The position numbers and the translations under genes were made by a program. Of a stretch of 64,000 nucleotides of DNA, positions 9,143 through 18,259 are shown piece after piece. The DNA is taken from NCBI GenBank assembly GCA_964597545.1, contig CAZQXN010000005.1, forward strand, positions 12,647 through 76,646, given 5' to 3'. A model generated the notes under the pieces. The model made no database searches and had not been told where the DNA came from. It worked only from the letters and a program-made list of their open reading frames with translations. How positions within the stretch are numbered: position 1 is the stretch's first letter; each line of letters begins with the position of its first letter. The DNA comes from an uncultured Planctomycetia bacterium (GTDB lineage Bacteria; Omnitrophota; Gorgyraeia; 1-14-0-20-64-10).

Positions 9143-10218
9143 GAGCGAAACACCCTTTTAAGCCAAACGAAGAACCGGGGTGAGACACGCTTGATCGCAG
9201 CCTTAGCCCCGACCCAGAGAATGCCAAGCGGAGCCCTCCAGCTGAATGCTTCACCCCCGCGGCCGATATGAAAACCGTACCAAAGCTGCCAGCGAAGCGC
9301 CCAAGCCGACTCTCCCCTCCAACGCAGCAGATGCTCCGGCGGAAGGTAGTCGCTGCGGATCAGACTCAAGGCCTTTGACTTTGCCCGGGCAGGTTTTCGG
9401 CACAAAAAGCCTGGGCCAAAGGAATTGGGTGCCCAGCTGCGGTCCAGTGGGGCGATGATCTCAAACCCGCACGCTTCAAGACACTGCTGGAGCAGGCGCG
9501 GGGTAAACATCGAGATGTGCCCAAAACCCATATGGTAGATGTTGAGATCTCGGACATCCGGAACCTCAACGTAGAGATGCCCCCCGGGCTTCAAATGCAG
9601 ATAGAAATCGGTGAGCGCGCGGTAAGGGCGCGGCAGATGCTCCAACGTGTGGTAGGAATAGAGAAAATCAACGCTTTCCGCCTTCAGTGTTGCGCGAGTA
9701 TAAGGTTCCTGGAGCATGGTTAGGCCCAACTGCTCGCGCGCAAAGCGCGCCGGGGCTTGCGCAACCTCTACCCCGGTTGCCTCCCAGCCCAACCCCTGAA
9801 ATACCCGAAGGCTTCCACCGGCTCCAGCGCCCACATCCACCATCTGACGGCCGCGACCGACTTGAATGTCCGGAAGGAGGCGCGCGATGTCGTGAAGCAC
9901 GGATTGGGTCTCTGTCTCCTCTTGGGCCGAATAGCGCTCAAGGGCATCGGCGCTGTGCTCTGCCATGTCGTCAGCATAAGTGGAAAGCCAGATGCTGTAG
10001 TCCAAATCCAGAAAGGTCAGCCCACAGCGCTTGCAGAGGCGGTAGATGACCCAATGTTGAGGCGCGTGCAGCTGCTTTCGGGCGGATAAAAGGACTTGGG
10101 TATAAGCGCTGCCGCAGAGATTGCAGACGGTCTGCTGACCCATGCGTACTGAGGAGGCTTCTGCCTTGCCGGGAAACCCTTGAGCGGTTACTGCCTTCTC
10201 AAGAACAGGTGAACTCAT
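9139..10218 (-). CDS. class I SAM-dependent methyltransferase with N-terminal Cys4 zinc-ribbon
   Basis: 359 aa. CNLCGS...CKRCG ribbon, then the MVDVGAGAGGSL SAM-binding motif. Confidence 0.7.
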   Translation of the reverse strand: MSSPVLEKAVTAQGFPGKAEASSVRMGQQTVCNLCGSAYTQVLLSARKQLHAPQHWVIYRLCKRCGLTFLDLDYSIWLSTYADDMAEHSADALERYSAQEETETQSVLHDIARLLPDIQVGRGRQMVDVGAGAGGSLRVFQGLGWEATGVEVAQAPARFAREQLGLTMLQEPYTRATLKAESVDFLYSYHTLEHLPRPYRALTDFYLHLKPGGHLYVEVPDVRDLNIYHMGFGHISMFTPRLLQQCLEACGFEIIAPLDRSWAPNSFGPGFLCRKPARAKSKALSLIRSDYLPPEHLLRWRGESAWALRWQLWYGFHIGRGGEAFSWRAPLGILWVGAKAAIKRVSPRFFVWLKRVFRS

Positions 10219-12182
10219 ACAGGCACCAAAATGGGATCCTGCCTAAAAGGGCTGGATGGGGCGCAAGGCGCATCCTCACGGGCAGTTCCCTCAACATCGC
10301 GAACCGCCTGCATGATCTCTGCACGCAGGCGCTCGATCGACTTGCCATCAGAAAAGAAGCTAAAATCTTTGGCCAACCGCTCAAGCCCTGCTTTGGGCCA
10401 AGCATTCTTCAGGAGTCTCCCGACTGCCTGCGCGACATCGTCACCGGATTTGAGGACCCAGGCTCGATTGTATTGCCCCAGGAAGCTGTCGGCCGTGCCC
10501 ATGTGGTCAAAGGCAGCGCATGGAATACCGGCAACCGCTGCTTCTAAGAGTCCTGTGGTGTGGCTGCCCCCTATGACCAAGTCGCTGACCGACATCCAGG
10601 CATAGGTGTCCAGCCATTCGGCATCGGAAGTAATGCGGGCATCTTGAGCAAGAATCTCCTCCAGGCCGAAGGCCAACCACTGGCGCTTTAGCGTTTCTGA
10701 GCGAAAGCGGCAAACCACTTGGAAGTTCCCGGTAAGCGTCTTGAGGCGCCTCAGTCCCTCAAGTAGGGCCTGGGCTCTCGAGCGCAGCACAAACCACTCT
10801 TTGAGGTTCGGCAAAAGCAGCAAGATACGGGGGTGCACAGTGCCAAACTGCCTTTGGCAAGCCTTGAGCAATTCCTGCCTCGCCGGCTTCCGCTGTGCGC
10901 GCAAGATCAGATCCGTGCGATAGGCCCCGATGGGCAACTGGCGCATGCCAGCCCAGTGCGGGCCGAAAAGATCCGCAAAGCCCTTCCCCCAAACACAGAG
11001 CCTGTGGATGGTGGTGTAGCGCATGCCCGGAAGGATTTGAGGAGCGATGGGATTTCCATGGTGCATTCCAAGGGTCAGTCGGTTGAGCTGGCGTGCGACG
11101 ATGGAGCGGACGACATGGGCCGGAGAGTAATCCTGGTACTCCAACCACACCTTATAGCTCACTGTGCGGGCAAAGCGCAGCTCCTTAAGATAGGTTCTTA
11201 TCAGTGCAGCCGAGGCAGCAGCAAACCGCGGTTCCTCCACCCAGAAAAGAGGCCGCAGTGCCAGGCTCCAGGAGCGCAGGCACAGCCCCGCCAGCTCAAT
11301 CAACCCTGCGCGGCCTACAGGCAGCTGCTTTGGGTTGACGTATCGAATCCCCTGCTCCTGCATGCGCTGACGCTGAGCCAGAAGCGCTTGGGTGCTGAGG
11401 CGCCAGTCCCCCTGGCAGAAGAGAACACGCTCTGGGGTAAGTTCTCCGCCCAGCAGCAGACCATCGTCATGTCCTGCCCACTGGGGCTCATTCGGATCCC
11501 GAAAACCTGATGTGAGCGGCATGGCCACATCTGTTTTGATGGGAGTTGCAGTCCGACGTACGCCGCCGCAGAGAATGGCCTCAAGCACTGGGTGAATGGA
11601 GAAGGCAAAAAGGTGGAAGACGTTGATTAACCCCAGGGTATGCGCTGTTCTGCGCAGCAGATGCGCAGCCCTCAACCAGAGGCGCACGCCCACTGGGACC
11701 ATTGCCTGCACCAAAGCGTCCTGAGCCAACTTGTGCTCGTCGAAGCGCTCGGGCAAGAGAACAAGCCGGCCCTCCCGCTTGAGGGCAGCCGCCGTTCGAT
11801 AGAAAAGGGTTTGGGATAAGAGCTCGGGCAGGAGCCTGAGCTTGTAGTAACGCTCAAGGCAATCAGTCTCAATTAAAACACTCATGCGCTGAAAGCTTAC
11901 GGATCTTTGCGCCGAATGAAACAGGCGCTCCATGGGCTCGGCAGAGGCCTCGTTGTTTTTGTGCCAGAGGGGCAGGAAGATCTCTTGTGGAACCTCGGAA
12001 AGATCGGCTCCAGGATTCAACCAGCGGATAAGGCGCAGGGTAGCCTGCACAATCCAAGCGGGCGCCCCCCTGCCCCCATACAGATCGTGCGGCGGGAAAA
12101 ATAGGATGCGCTGGGCGCGCACAAGGGTTCCGCAGGCAAGAAGGGTTTTCCAGATGCTGTGGCGCCCAAACAGAACGGTCAT
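10215..12182 (-). CDS. large hypothetical protein with KpsC/KpsS-like (capsule polysaccharide biosynthesis, GT-B-type) C-terminal region; candidate CMP-ulosonic acid transferase
   Basis: 655 aa. C-terminal SDLVIGGSHTTGLLEAAVAGIPCAAFD resembles the conserved donor-binding stretch of the Capsule_synth / KpsC-KpsS family. Paralogous motifs occur in the 34818 and 41226 genes. Assignment is tentative. Confidence 0.4.
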   Translation of the reverse strand: MTVLFGRHSIWKTLLACGTLVRAQRILFFPPHDLYGGRGAPAWIVQATLRLIRWLNPGADLSEVPQEIFLPLWHKNNEASAEPMERLFHSAQRSVSFQRMSVLIETDCLERYYKLRLLPELLSQTLFYRTAAALKREGRLVLLPERFDEHKLAQDALVQAMVPVGVRLWLRAAHLLRRTAHTLGLINVFHLFAFSIHPVLEAILCGGVRRTATPIKTDVAMPLTSGFRDPNEPQWAGHDDGLLLGGELTPERVLFCQGDWRLSTQALLAQRQRMQEQGIRYVNPKQLPVGRAGLIELAGLCLRSWSLALRPLFWVEEPRFAAASAALIRTYLKELRFARTVSYKVWLEYQDYSPAHVVRSIVARQLNRLTLGMHHGNPIAPQILPGMRYTTIHRLCVWGKGFADLFGPHWAGMRQLPIGAYRTDLILRAQRKPARQELLKACQRQFGTVHPRILLLLPNLKEWFVLRSRAQALLEGLRRLKTLTGNFQVVCRFRSETLKRQWLAFGLEEILAQDARITSDAEWLDTYAWMSVSDLVIGGSHTTGLLEAAVAGIPCAAFDHMGTADSFLGQYNRAWVLKSGDDVAQAVGRLLKNAWPKAGLERLAKDFSFFSDGKSIERLRAEIMQAVRDVEGTAREDAPCAPSSPFRQDPILVPV

Positions 12183-14182
12183 GCTCCGGCCTCCAGCGGT
12201 TGAGGTGCTTGAGCCGCCTTCTCAGATTGAAGCTGCCACAGCCGGGCGTAGATTCCTCCGCGGACTAAAAGGGTTTCGTGGCTGCCCTGTTCGACTAAGC
12301 GGCCCCGATCTAAGACCAAGATTTGATCTGCCTGGGCAACGGTTGAAAGACGGTGGGCGATGATCAAGAGGGTTCTACGCCGCCGCTCGGCTTCGAGCGC
12401 CTCCTGGATGAGCCGCTCTGACTCAGAGTCTAGGGCAGAGGTTGCCTCGTCCAAGATCAGCAGCTGGGGTTGGCGCACCAAGGCGCGGGCCAGCGCAATC
12501 CTTTGGCGCTGCCCACCGGAGAGCCGATAGCCCCTGTCTCCGATCACGGTGCTGTAGCCATCGGCCAGCTCCTTGATAAAGCAGTCTGCATGTGCGGCTT
12601 GCGCCGCAGCCAAAATCTCTTCCTCGGTTGCGCCGGGTTTGCCAAAGGCGATGTTGTCCCGAATGCTTGCGTGGAAGAGAAAGGGTTGCTGGCTGACTAC
12701 ACCCAGATGTTGGCGCCATGCATGCGAAGAGAGGGCAGCCAGGGGTTGCCCATCAACAACGATCTGACCCGAGGTGGGTTCGTAGAGCCTTAGCAGCAAA
12801 TCAGCTACAGTTGATTTCCCAGCGCCGGAAGTGCCCACCAGCGCGGTCATGGATCCGCGCGGCATCTCAAAGGTTAGCCCTGACACCGCAGCTGGTTCAT
12901 CTGGATGATAGGTCAGGGTGACGCGATCGAAAGCAACCTTCCCCTTGAGGCCGGAAAAATCCCTTCCGGACTCTGCGGCTCGGGTGTCTTCCGGCTGTTG
13001 CAGAATTTGATTGAGGCGTCCGATGCTGGGCCCAAAGCGTGCCAGGGTAGTGCGAGCGCTGTAAATGGATCTCAGCCGCGGGGCCATCCGATGCAGCGCC
13101 AATAAGAAGGCCAACAACGAAGGCAAGGCGGCCTGGGTTCCGGAGCCTAAAACAAAGAATCCTCCCAGCAGCAGAGCGCCTGCTCCCAGCACGGTCAGGA
13201 TATCGGTCAGGGGCTCTACGGTGCTGCCCCAAATGCTGGCAAGGCAACGGCTGCGCATCCCCTCTTGCGCCAAGCGCCCCACGGTTTGCGTGGAGCGCTC
13301 TTGTGCGGAAAAGGTATGGAGCGACCGAATGGCCGAAAGGAATTCTGTGGCCCGCTCGCTTAGGGTGACAGTTTTCTCAGTGAAGCGGCGCGCATGCTGC
13401 CCTACCCGGGAGATGGCCTTGCGCAGAGCCCAGGTCATGGCCCCGGCCAATACTGCTGCCACTGCGGTCATGGGCCAGGAAATCCAAAGCATGAGGGCCA
13501 CATAGACAGCGACCAGCAGGACGCTTCGCAACAGGACGTTAAGCTCTGAAATGATTTCATGCAAGTAATTCGTGTGGCTAAGGTAGTCGGTCAGATCCCC
13601 AAGCTTGTATCGGCTGGCAGCAGGAAAGCTTAAATGCATGACACGCGAGAAGATGCGCTTATAGGCGTCGGCCTGAACGCGGGTGTGTAGGATGGCGGCT
13701 GAGACCTCACCCAAGAATTGCAGTAGGCTGCGCAGGACCTGAAAACCGACCGCCAGAAGCACAAGGCTTAAGAACAGCGGTGCTCTGCCCAACGCCAAGC
13801 TCTCCAACCACTGTCCGAATGCACCATAAGTTGCTGCCAGCGTTTGCTCGGGCGAAGCACCCAGCACTTGAAGGCCGACAGCCAAAAGCCCAATGCTGCT
13901 GCCTTCAAAGATGGCTGCAACCAGGTTGGCTGTAAAGGCGAGGGCAAGAAAACCCCAGGCAGGACGGATCAGATCCCAGATCAAAACAAAGGGGTTACGG
14001 TTTTTTTGGATAGCGCGCTGCCGCGCCTTCGGGGAGCTAATGTTCATCACATGAACATCCCATATCCTATCTGGCTTGTCAAGGGGTTTTGAGGGGTGAT
14101 GGGCCGGCAGGCAGACACTGTAACACGTTTGAATATAAGGAGTTACAACATCAAGCCCAAGCGAATTTACACTTGAGAACAA
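12179..14182 (-). CDS. ABC exporter, fused permease + ATPase (MsbA/PglK-like type I exporter)
   Basis: 667 aa. Six predicted TM helices, then Walker A (GTSGAGKST), signature LSGGQRQRIALARAL and Walker B ILDEATSALD. Confidence 0.9.
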   Translation of the reverse strand: MFSSVNSLGLDVVTPYIQTCYSVCLPAHHPSKPLDKPDRIWDVHVMNISSPKARQRAIQKNRNPFVLIWDLIRPAWGFLALAFTANLVAAIFEGSSIGLLAVGLQVLGASPEQTLAATYGAFGQWLESLALGRAPLFLSLVLLAVGFQVLRSLLQFLGEVSAAILHTRVQADAYKRIFSRVMHLSFPAASRYKLGDLTDYLSHTNYLHEIISELNVLLRSVLLVAVYVALMLWISWPMTAVAAVLAGAMTWALRKAISRVGQHARRFTEKTVTLSERATEFLSAIRSLHTFSAQERSTQTVGRLAQEGMRSRCLASIWGSTVEPLTDILTVLGAGALLLGGFFVLGSGTQAALPSLLAFLLALHRMAPRLRSIYSARTTLARFGPSIGRLNQILQQPEDTRAAESGRDFSGLKGKVAFDRVTLTYHPDEPAAVSGLTFEMPRGSMTALVGTSGAGKSTVADLLLRLYEPTSGQIVVDGQPLAALSSHAWRQHLGVVSQQPFLFHASIRDNIAFGKPGATEEEILAAAQAAHADCFIKELADGYSTVIGDRGYRLSGGQRQRIALARALVRQPQLLILDEATSALDSESERLIQEALEAERRRRTLLIIAHRLSTVAQADQILVLDRGRLVEQGSHETLLVRGGIYARLWQLQSEKAAQAPQPLEAGA

Positions 14183-16110
14183 GAATGGTTTATATGATAA
14201 ACCGAGCCTGGTTGAGGTTGTTCAAAGTGGGGATTCTCAAACTGCCGCAGCCAGATCTCAAGGGTCACCAGCAACCAGAGGAAGTGGCCTAAATCTTTCT
14301 GCCCGGACAGGTGATCGTTAAGCGCCCAACGTACGCTTGCCAGGTGAAGATACCGGCTCAGCATAGGCTTCGGTCCACCCAGTAGATCGCAAAGGGAATC
14401 TTTCCAGCTTCCACGAAACCAGGCGGCCAGAGGAACGCCAAAGCCCATCTTACCCCTTCCCCGAATAGGCCCAGGGAGCAGCTCGCTTAACGCGCGCCGC
14501 AAAATCCATTTGGTGGTGCCGCGCTTCAACTTCAGGTCATCCGGCAAACCAAAGGCCCATTCGGTCAGGGGCGTATCCAGGAACGGGGAGCGGACCTCAA
14601 GTCCGTGCGCCATGGTGCAGCGGTCCGCTTTGACGTTGAGGTCGTTCGGGAGATACTCCTCAAAATTGAGTCGAAGCAAGGCAGAGAGGGTCTCCTCCCG
14701 AGGAAGACCATTGAGTGCAGCATAGGCTGGGGGCAAAGAAGCCTTTGCGTGAGAGGGTGCAATAAAGAGATCTGATGGATTTTGATGCAACGCTACCCAC
14801 CGCAGATACCGCTCGCCCAGCGGCAAATCGGCGCTCTCTAAAAAGCGCCTCGCTCGCGCCCAAGGGGAGCGCTGGCTTCTTCCCGGGGGGGCTAATCGCA
14901 GCAGAGCCCGTCCTGCCTTGAGCGCGAGCGGAGGAAGTTCCTCGGCCAGCAATGCGGCTCGGAAGCGCTCGTAGCCGGCAAAGAGCTCATCACCTCCATC
15001 GCCGCAGAGGGCAACCGTCACTTGACTGCTGACCAACTCTGAGAGGAGGTAGGTCGGTAAACCAGAAGAATCTCCAAAGGGCTCGTCGTAATGGGCCACC
15101 AGCTTCTCAATTAGGTCGAACGGTGGAGGATGAACCGTAAAGGCGGTGTGATCTGTCTGGAACTGCTTGGCTGCAATTTCGGCAAAATTCGTTTCGTTGA
15201 AACGCCGGTCCCCTTCAAACCCAATGCTGAAAGTCTTGAGGCTCCCCTTGGGCAGCTGCCTGGCCATCAAGCCCACCACAATGGTGGAGTCAATCCCGCC
15301 GCTCAATAAAGCCCCCAGGGGAACATCTGAGACCATGCGCTTGGTGACTGCTTCAGTCAGGAGTTCCTTCGCTTGGGCGGTTGCCTGCCCCAGGGCAATC
15401 GGGTGCTTTTGCATCGGTGGAAGGGTCCAGTACCGACGAGAAGATACCTTGCCCTGCCCCAGATGAAACTGGAGCCAAGTCGCTGGGGGCACTTGACGGA
15501 TCCCTGCGTAACAGCTCTGGCCCGGCGGAGGAAATCCAAAGGTAACGAGTGAACTCAATGCCCCCTCGTGGATCTTCCGGGGCAGGTGCGCGTGAAGCAA
15601 GAGAGCTTTGATCTCTGAGCCAAAAACTACGCAGTTGGAATGGGCCCAATAGAAGAGGGGCTTCTTCCCGGCTCGATCGCGCACCAAGGTGAGGATCCGG
15701 GCGCGAGAGTCCCAAAGGCAAAAGGCAAACATCCCATCGAGGCGCTGGAGAGTTTTCTCAAGCCCCCACCGCTCCACCGCCTGCAGGATGACCTCTGTGT
15801 CGGATTGGCTGCGAAACTGGCACCCCTCGGAGGCCAGCTGCGATCGAAGTTGGCGGAAGTTGTAAATCTCACCGTTGTGGAGAAGCCAGCGGGTGCCGTC
15901 CGAGTTTGACATCGGTTGACGGGCGGCAGCGGTCAGATCGATCACCTTCAGCCGCGCGTGGACCAGTCCCACCCCGGCCTCGGGGGCAGCTACGCACAGC
16001 TCATCCGGACCGCGATGACGCAGAGACCAAGCCATCGCCTCCAATTCCTGCAGAGAGACAGGCTGACCGTCTGTATGAAGAATTCCGCTAAATCCACACA
16101 TGATTGTCAT
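14167..16110 (-). CDS. asparagine synthase (glutamine-hydrolysing)-family amidotransferase (PseA/WbpS-like)
   Basis: 647 aa. N-terminal MCGFSG catalytic Cys, SGGIDS PP-loop. ATG at 16110. Confidence 0.85.
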   Translation of the reverse strand: MTIMCGFSGILHTDGQPVSLQELEAMAWSLRHRGPDELCVAAPEAGVGLVHARLKVIDLTAAARQPMSNSDGTRWLLHNGEIYNFRQLRSQLASEGCQFRSQSDTEVILQAVERWGLEKTLQRLDGMFAFCLWDSRARILTLVRDRAGKKPLFYWAHSNCVVFGSEIKALLLHAHLPRKIHEGALSSLVTFGFPPPGQSCYAGIRQVPPATWLQFHLGQGKVSSRRYWTLPPMQKHPIALGQATAQAKELLTEAVTKRMVSDVPLGALLSGGIDSTIVVGLMARQLPKGSLKTFSIGFEGDRRFNETNFAEIAAKQFQTDHTAFTVHPPPFDLIEKLVAHYDEPFGDSSGLPTYLLSELVSSQVTVALCGDGGDELFAGYERFRAALLAEELPPLALKAGRALLRLAPPGRSQRSPWARARRFLESADLPLGERYLRWVALHQNPSDLFIAPSHAKASLPPAYAALNGLPREETLSALLRLNFEEYLPNDLNVKADRCTMAHGLEVRSPFLDTPLTEWAFGLPDDLKLKRGTTKWILRRALSELLPGPIRGRGKMGFGVPLAAWFRGSWKDSLCDLLGGPKPMLSRYLHLASVRWALNDHLSGQKDLGHFLWLLVTLEIWLRQFENPHFEQPQPGSVYHINHSCSQV

Positions 16111-16888
16111 TCCCGCGGAAGCGGGAATCCCTAATCATTTCGAAACCGCCGCCTGATCCTCGCCCCTCGATCGGCTCCTCGCTTTCGCGAGGATGGGCAA
16201 GCTTCGCGAGGATAACATTCCACACTCGACCCAACTCATGTTTTAAGCGTTTTATAGGCATCTGCTTTTCTGCGCGCAAAGGTTCGGGTATCTCAAATGG
16301 GGTAAGTTGCTGTTTTAAGGGGCCGGTAAGCTCCTCGACACTTAAAAGATTTCCGCCTGCATCCCGTAATCCAACACCCTGCACAGCATCCCAGACAGTC
16401 CACCTGCCGTTTACCCGCACCAATGAGAGGACCCGCTTGCCGACCCCTTCCTCATGTCGAAGCACTTTCCAAAAGGCGGGATGCCCCGCATAGGTCGCCA
16501 GCGTCGAGAAGAGATCGCTGATTTGATCATCCGCACCATAACCACGCTGGATGATGTTCAAGATGTGGTCATCGACCACTGGGCTGCCGGGCGGCACAGG
16601 ACGAACGCAGCTGCGTACCCAGCTCAAGAGGGCCTTCAGGCGCGCCTCATCCTCTGTGAGCCCTCGCGTGATCTGGGCTGCCAGCCCGCGGTATGCCCCA
16701 TCCCGATGCAAGAACTGATAGAGCTTAAGCCCCAACGGAATTCGGTGTGCTGTGACCACATAGTTCAACCCCTGATGGGTTGCAACGGGCAGCGCAAGAA
16801 TCCCGGTCAGGGCAAGCAAGAAGCCCCCTACGAGGAGGGGCCGGAGGGTGCGCGGTCGCTGTCCCGCCAAAGCCATCGCTTTATCCAC
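16088..16888 (-). CDS. hypothetical signal-anchored protein (C-terminal ~50 aa doubtful because it reads through the repeat element)
   Basis: 266 aa ORF with an N-terminal hydrophobic segment (LLVGGFLLALTGILALPV). No confident family. The tail GRGSGGGFEMIRDSRFRGNDNHVWI is low complexity. Confidence 0.35.
   Translation of the reverse strand: MDKAMALAGQRPRTLRPLLVGGFLLALTGILALPVATHQGLNYVVTAHRIPLGLKLYQFLHRDGAYRGLAAQITRGLTEDEARLKALLSWVRSCVRPVPPGSPVVDDHILNIIQRGYGADDQISDLFSTLATYAGHPAFWKVLRHEEGVGKRVLSLVRVNGRWTVWDAVQGVGLRDAGGNLLSVEELTGPLKQQLTPFEIPEPLRAEKQMPIKRLKHELGRVWNVILAKLAHPRESEEPIEGRGSGGGFEMIRDSRFRGNDNHVWI
16105..16215. repeat. structured element: 8-bp perfect hairpin (attcccgc-ggaa-gcgggaat) plus inverted repeat atcctcgc/gcgaggat and an 11-bp direct repeat ttcgcgaggat x2
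   Basis: Read directly from sequence at 16109-16128, 16156-16163, 16184-16194 and 16203-16213. It lies immediately upstream (minus-strand sense) of the AsnB-like start and inside the low-complexity C-terminal tail of the 16088..16888 ORF. Plus-strand translation gives ...IPAEAGI.../MSFPRKRES..., reminiscent of translated small palindromic repeat elements. Confidence 0.4.
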
Positions 16889-17234
16889 CTAACAACCAGG
16901 GCTCTTTCCCAAAAACCCTCCTTCTGGAGAGGGCAAAGCCACAGGGTTGCGCCCAAAAGGAAGAGAAGAAGACGCCCCCACATTCCCCAAAGGAGAATGG
17001 GCTCAGCCCTGCAGAAAAGCAGCAGCGCATTGATCACGCCCGCAATCACCACAACGAATCCTGCTGCTTGGAGCGGCTGAGCCTCAAAGGCCTCTGAGGT
17101 GTGCCGAAACCATTGGCAGCGGTGCAAGGCTTGAGCCATGCTGCGCAGCTTGGCAAGGATACGATCCCACAGCTTGAGGCAACCTGAGGCCAACCGGCTG
17201 GAGATGAGAAAGGTCTTCCAAGGATCAGGGTTCA
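16828..17234 (-). CDS. small hypothetical membrane protein (two predicted TM helices)
   Basis: ATG at 17234 (MNPDPWKTF...) lies 10 nt before the DUF4330 gene stop, suggesting translational coupling. Hydrophobic stretches FVVVIAGVINALLLF and LLLFLLGATLWL. The longer track ORF (to 17328) overlaps the upstream gene and is likely over-extended. Confidence 0.3.
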
Positions 17235-18259
17235 TCAGAACCCCCCACTGGTTCAACAAGGATGGGCCTGGAGAGCACGATAAGCTCAAGGGGTTTACCC
17301 TGCTGCGGCAAGAAAATCCGATTTCCAATAACGATATGTTCTGCCTCTAGGTTGTAGTAGGGTGGACCACCCGGCACAATCTCGATCTGGCCCATCAAAC
17401 GCATTCGAGCAAAAACCAGATGCACAGCCTCCGAAGCGTCCTCATGAAGCGAAACGATGGGCAGTGCGCGGGATGTCAAAACCTCCAGGATCTCAGCGCT
17501 CACTCGGTCGAAACTGTCCTGGTAAATCCAGCCGGTTCGCAGCTGCTCTATTTGGTTGGGGTCAGAAGCGCGGACGACACAGTAAACCTCCAACGGAACT
17601 GCCGGCATCAACGGCTGGTCAATCCGTATGGCATCCGGTACCAGCAGGGAGAGATCGCTTTGCGGATTGTGCAGGGAGACCGAGTAGGATCCCTTCTGGA
17701 GTGATTGAATCCGATAATAGCTGGTGACATGCTGTGAATCTGTATAGGTCTTGTAGAGGGGGGCCAGGTTTCCCAGGCGGATGTCACAGCCCATCTCCAG
17801 ATATTTCCCCTGGACGATCAATGCGCCTGTTCCCTGCGGTGTAACGCGCAAACCCACCTGGTGGAGCTCTGGTCGCCAGAGGACTTTCAGTGGGGTATTT
17901 TTATAGATCATGCGCCCTCGCCCATTCCGAATCGAGATGGACGCATAGCCCGGGTTTATCTCTACGGGCAGAGCGAAGTCAATCTGCGCCTCATTCAAGA
18001 AACGCGGCACCAGCGCATACTCCCCCACCAGTACAGTGGTGTCGCGGTCAAAACCGCTGCCGGTGAGCATAACTCGTGCGTCGGGGCCGGCTTCGGCCAT
18101 GGCAGGCTCAACACATAAGAGCTTAAGCTCTGCGCTCCCCCGGAGGGTTTGATATCCAAAATAGAGCAGCGGCAAAGCAGAGGCGAGCAGGATCCAAACC
18201 AGCAGATCCAGCAGATGCATTCGGCCGAACACGCGTCCCTGAGAATCTATAATTTTCAT
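17225..18259 (-). CDS. DUF4330-family protein (N-terminal membrane anchor, Ig/TIG-like repeats)
   Basis: 344 aa. N-terminus MKIIDSQGRVFGRMHLLDLLVWILL matches the conserved DUF4330 start. Paralog of the 19659 gene. Confidence 0.6.
   Translation of the reverse strand: MKIIDSQGRVFGRMHLLDLLVWILLASALPLLYFGYQTLRGSAELKLLCVEPAMAEAGPDARVMLTGSGFDRDTTVLVGEYALVPRFLNEAQIDFALPVEINPGYASISIRNGRGRMIYKNTPLKVLWRPELHQVGLRVTPQGTGALIVQGKYLEMGCDIRLGNLAPLYKTYTDSQHVTSYYRIQSLQKGSYSVSLHNPQSDLSLLVPDAIRIDQPLMPAVPLEVYCVVRASDPNQIEQLRTGWIYQDSFDRVSAEILEVLTSRALPIVSLHEDASEAVHLVFARMRLMGQIEIVPGGPPYYNLEAEHIVIGNRIFLPQQGKPLELIVLSRPILVEPVGGSDEP

Noticed and set aside
16104-16493. Plus-strand ORF MSFPRKRESLIIS... (129 aa)
   Set aside because: Begins inside the palindromic/direct-repeat element and is antisense to the 16088-16888 ORF. 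The peptide is typical of a mistranslated repeat element rather than a gene.
16828-17328. 166 aa version of the small membrane ORF
   Set aside because: Its first ~31 codons overlap the DUF4330 gene 3' end. The internal ATG at 17234, overlapping the upstream stop region, gives a more plausible coupled start. The longer form is not reported.
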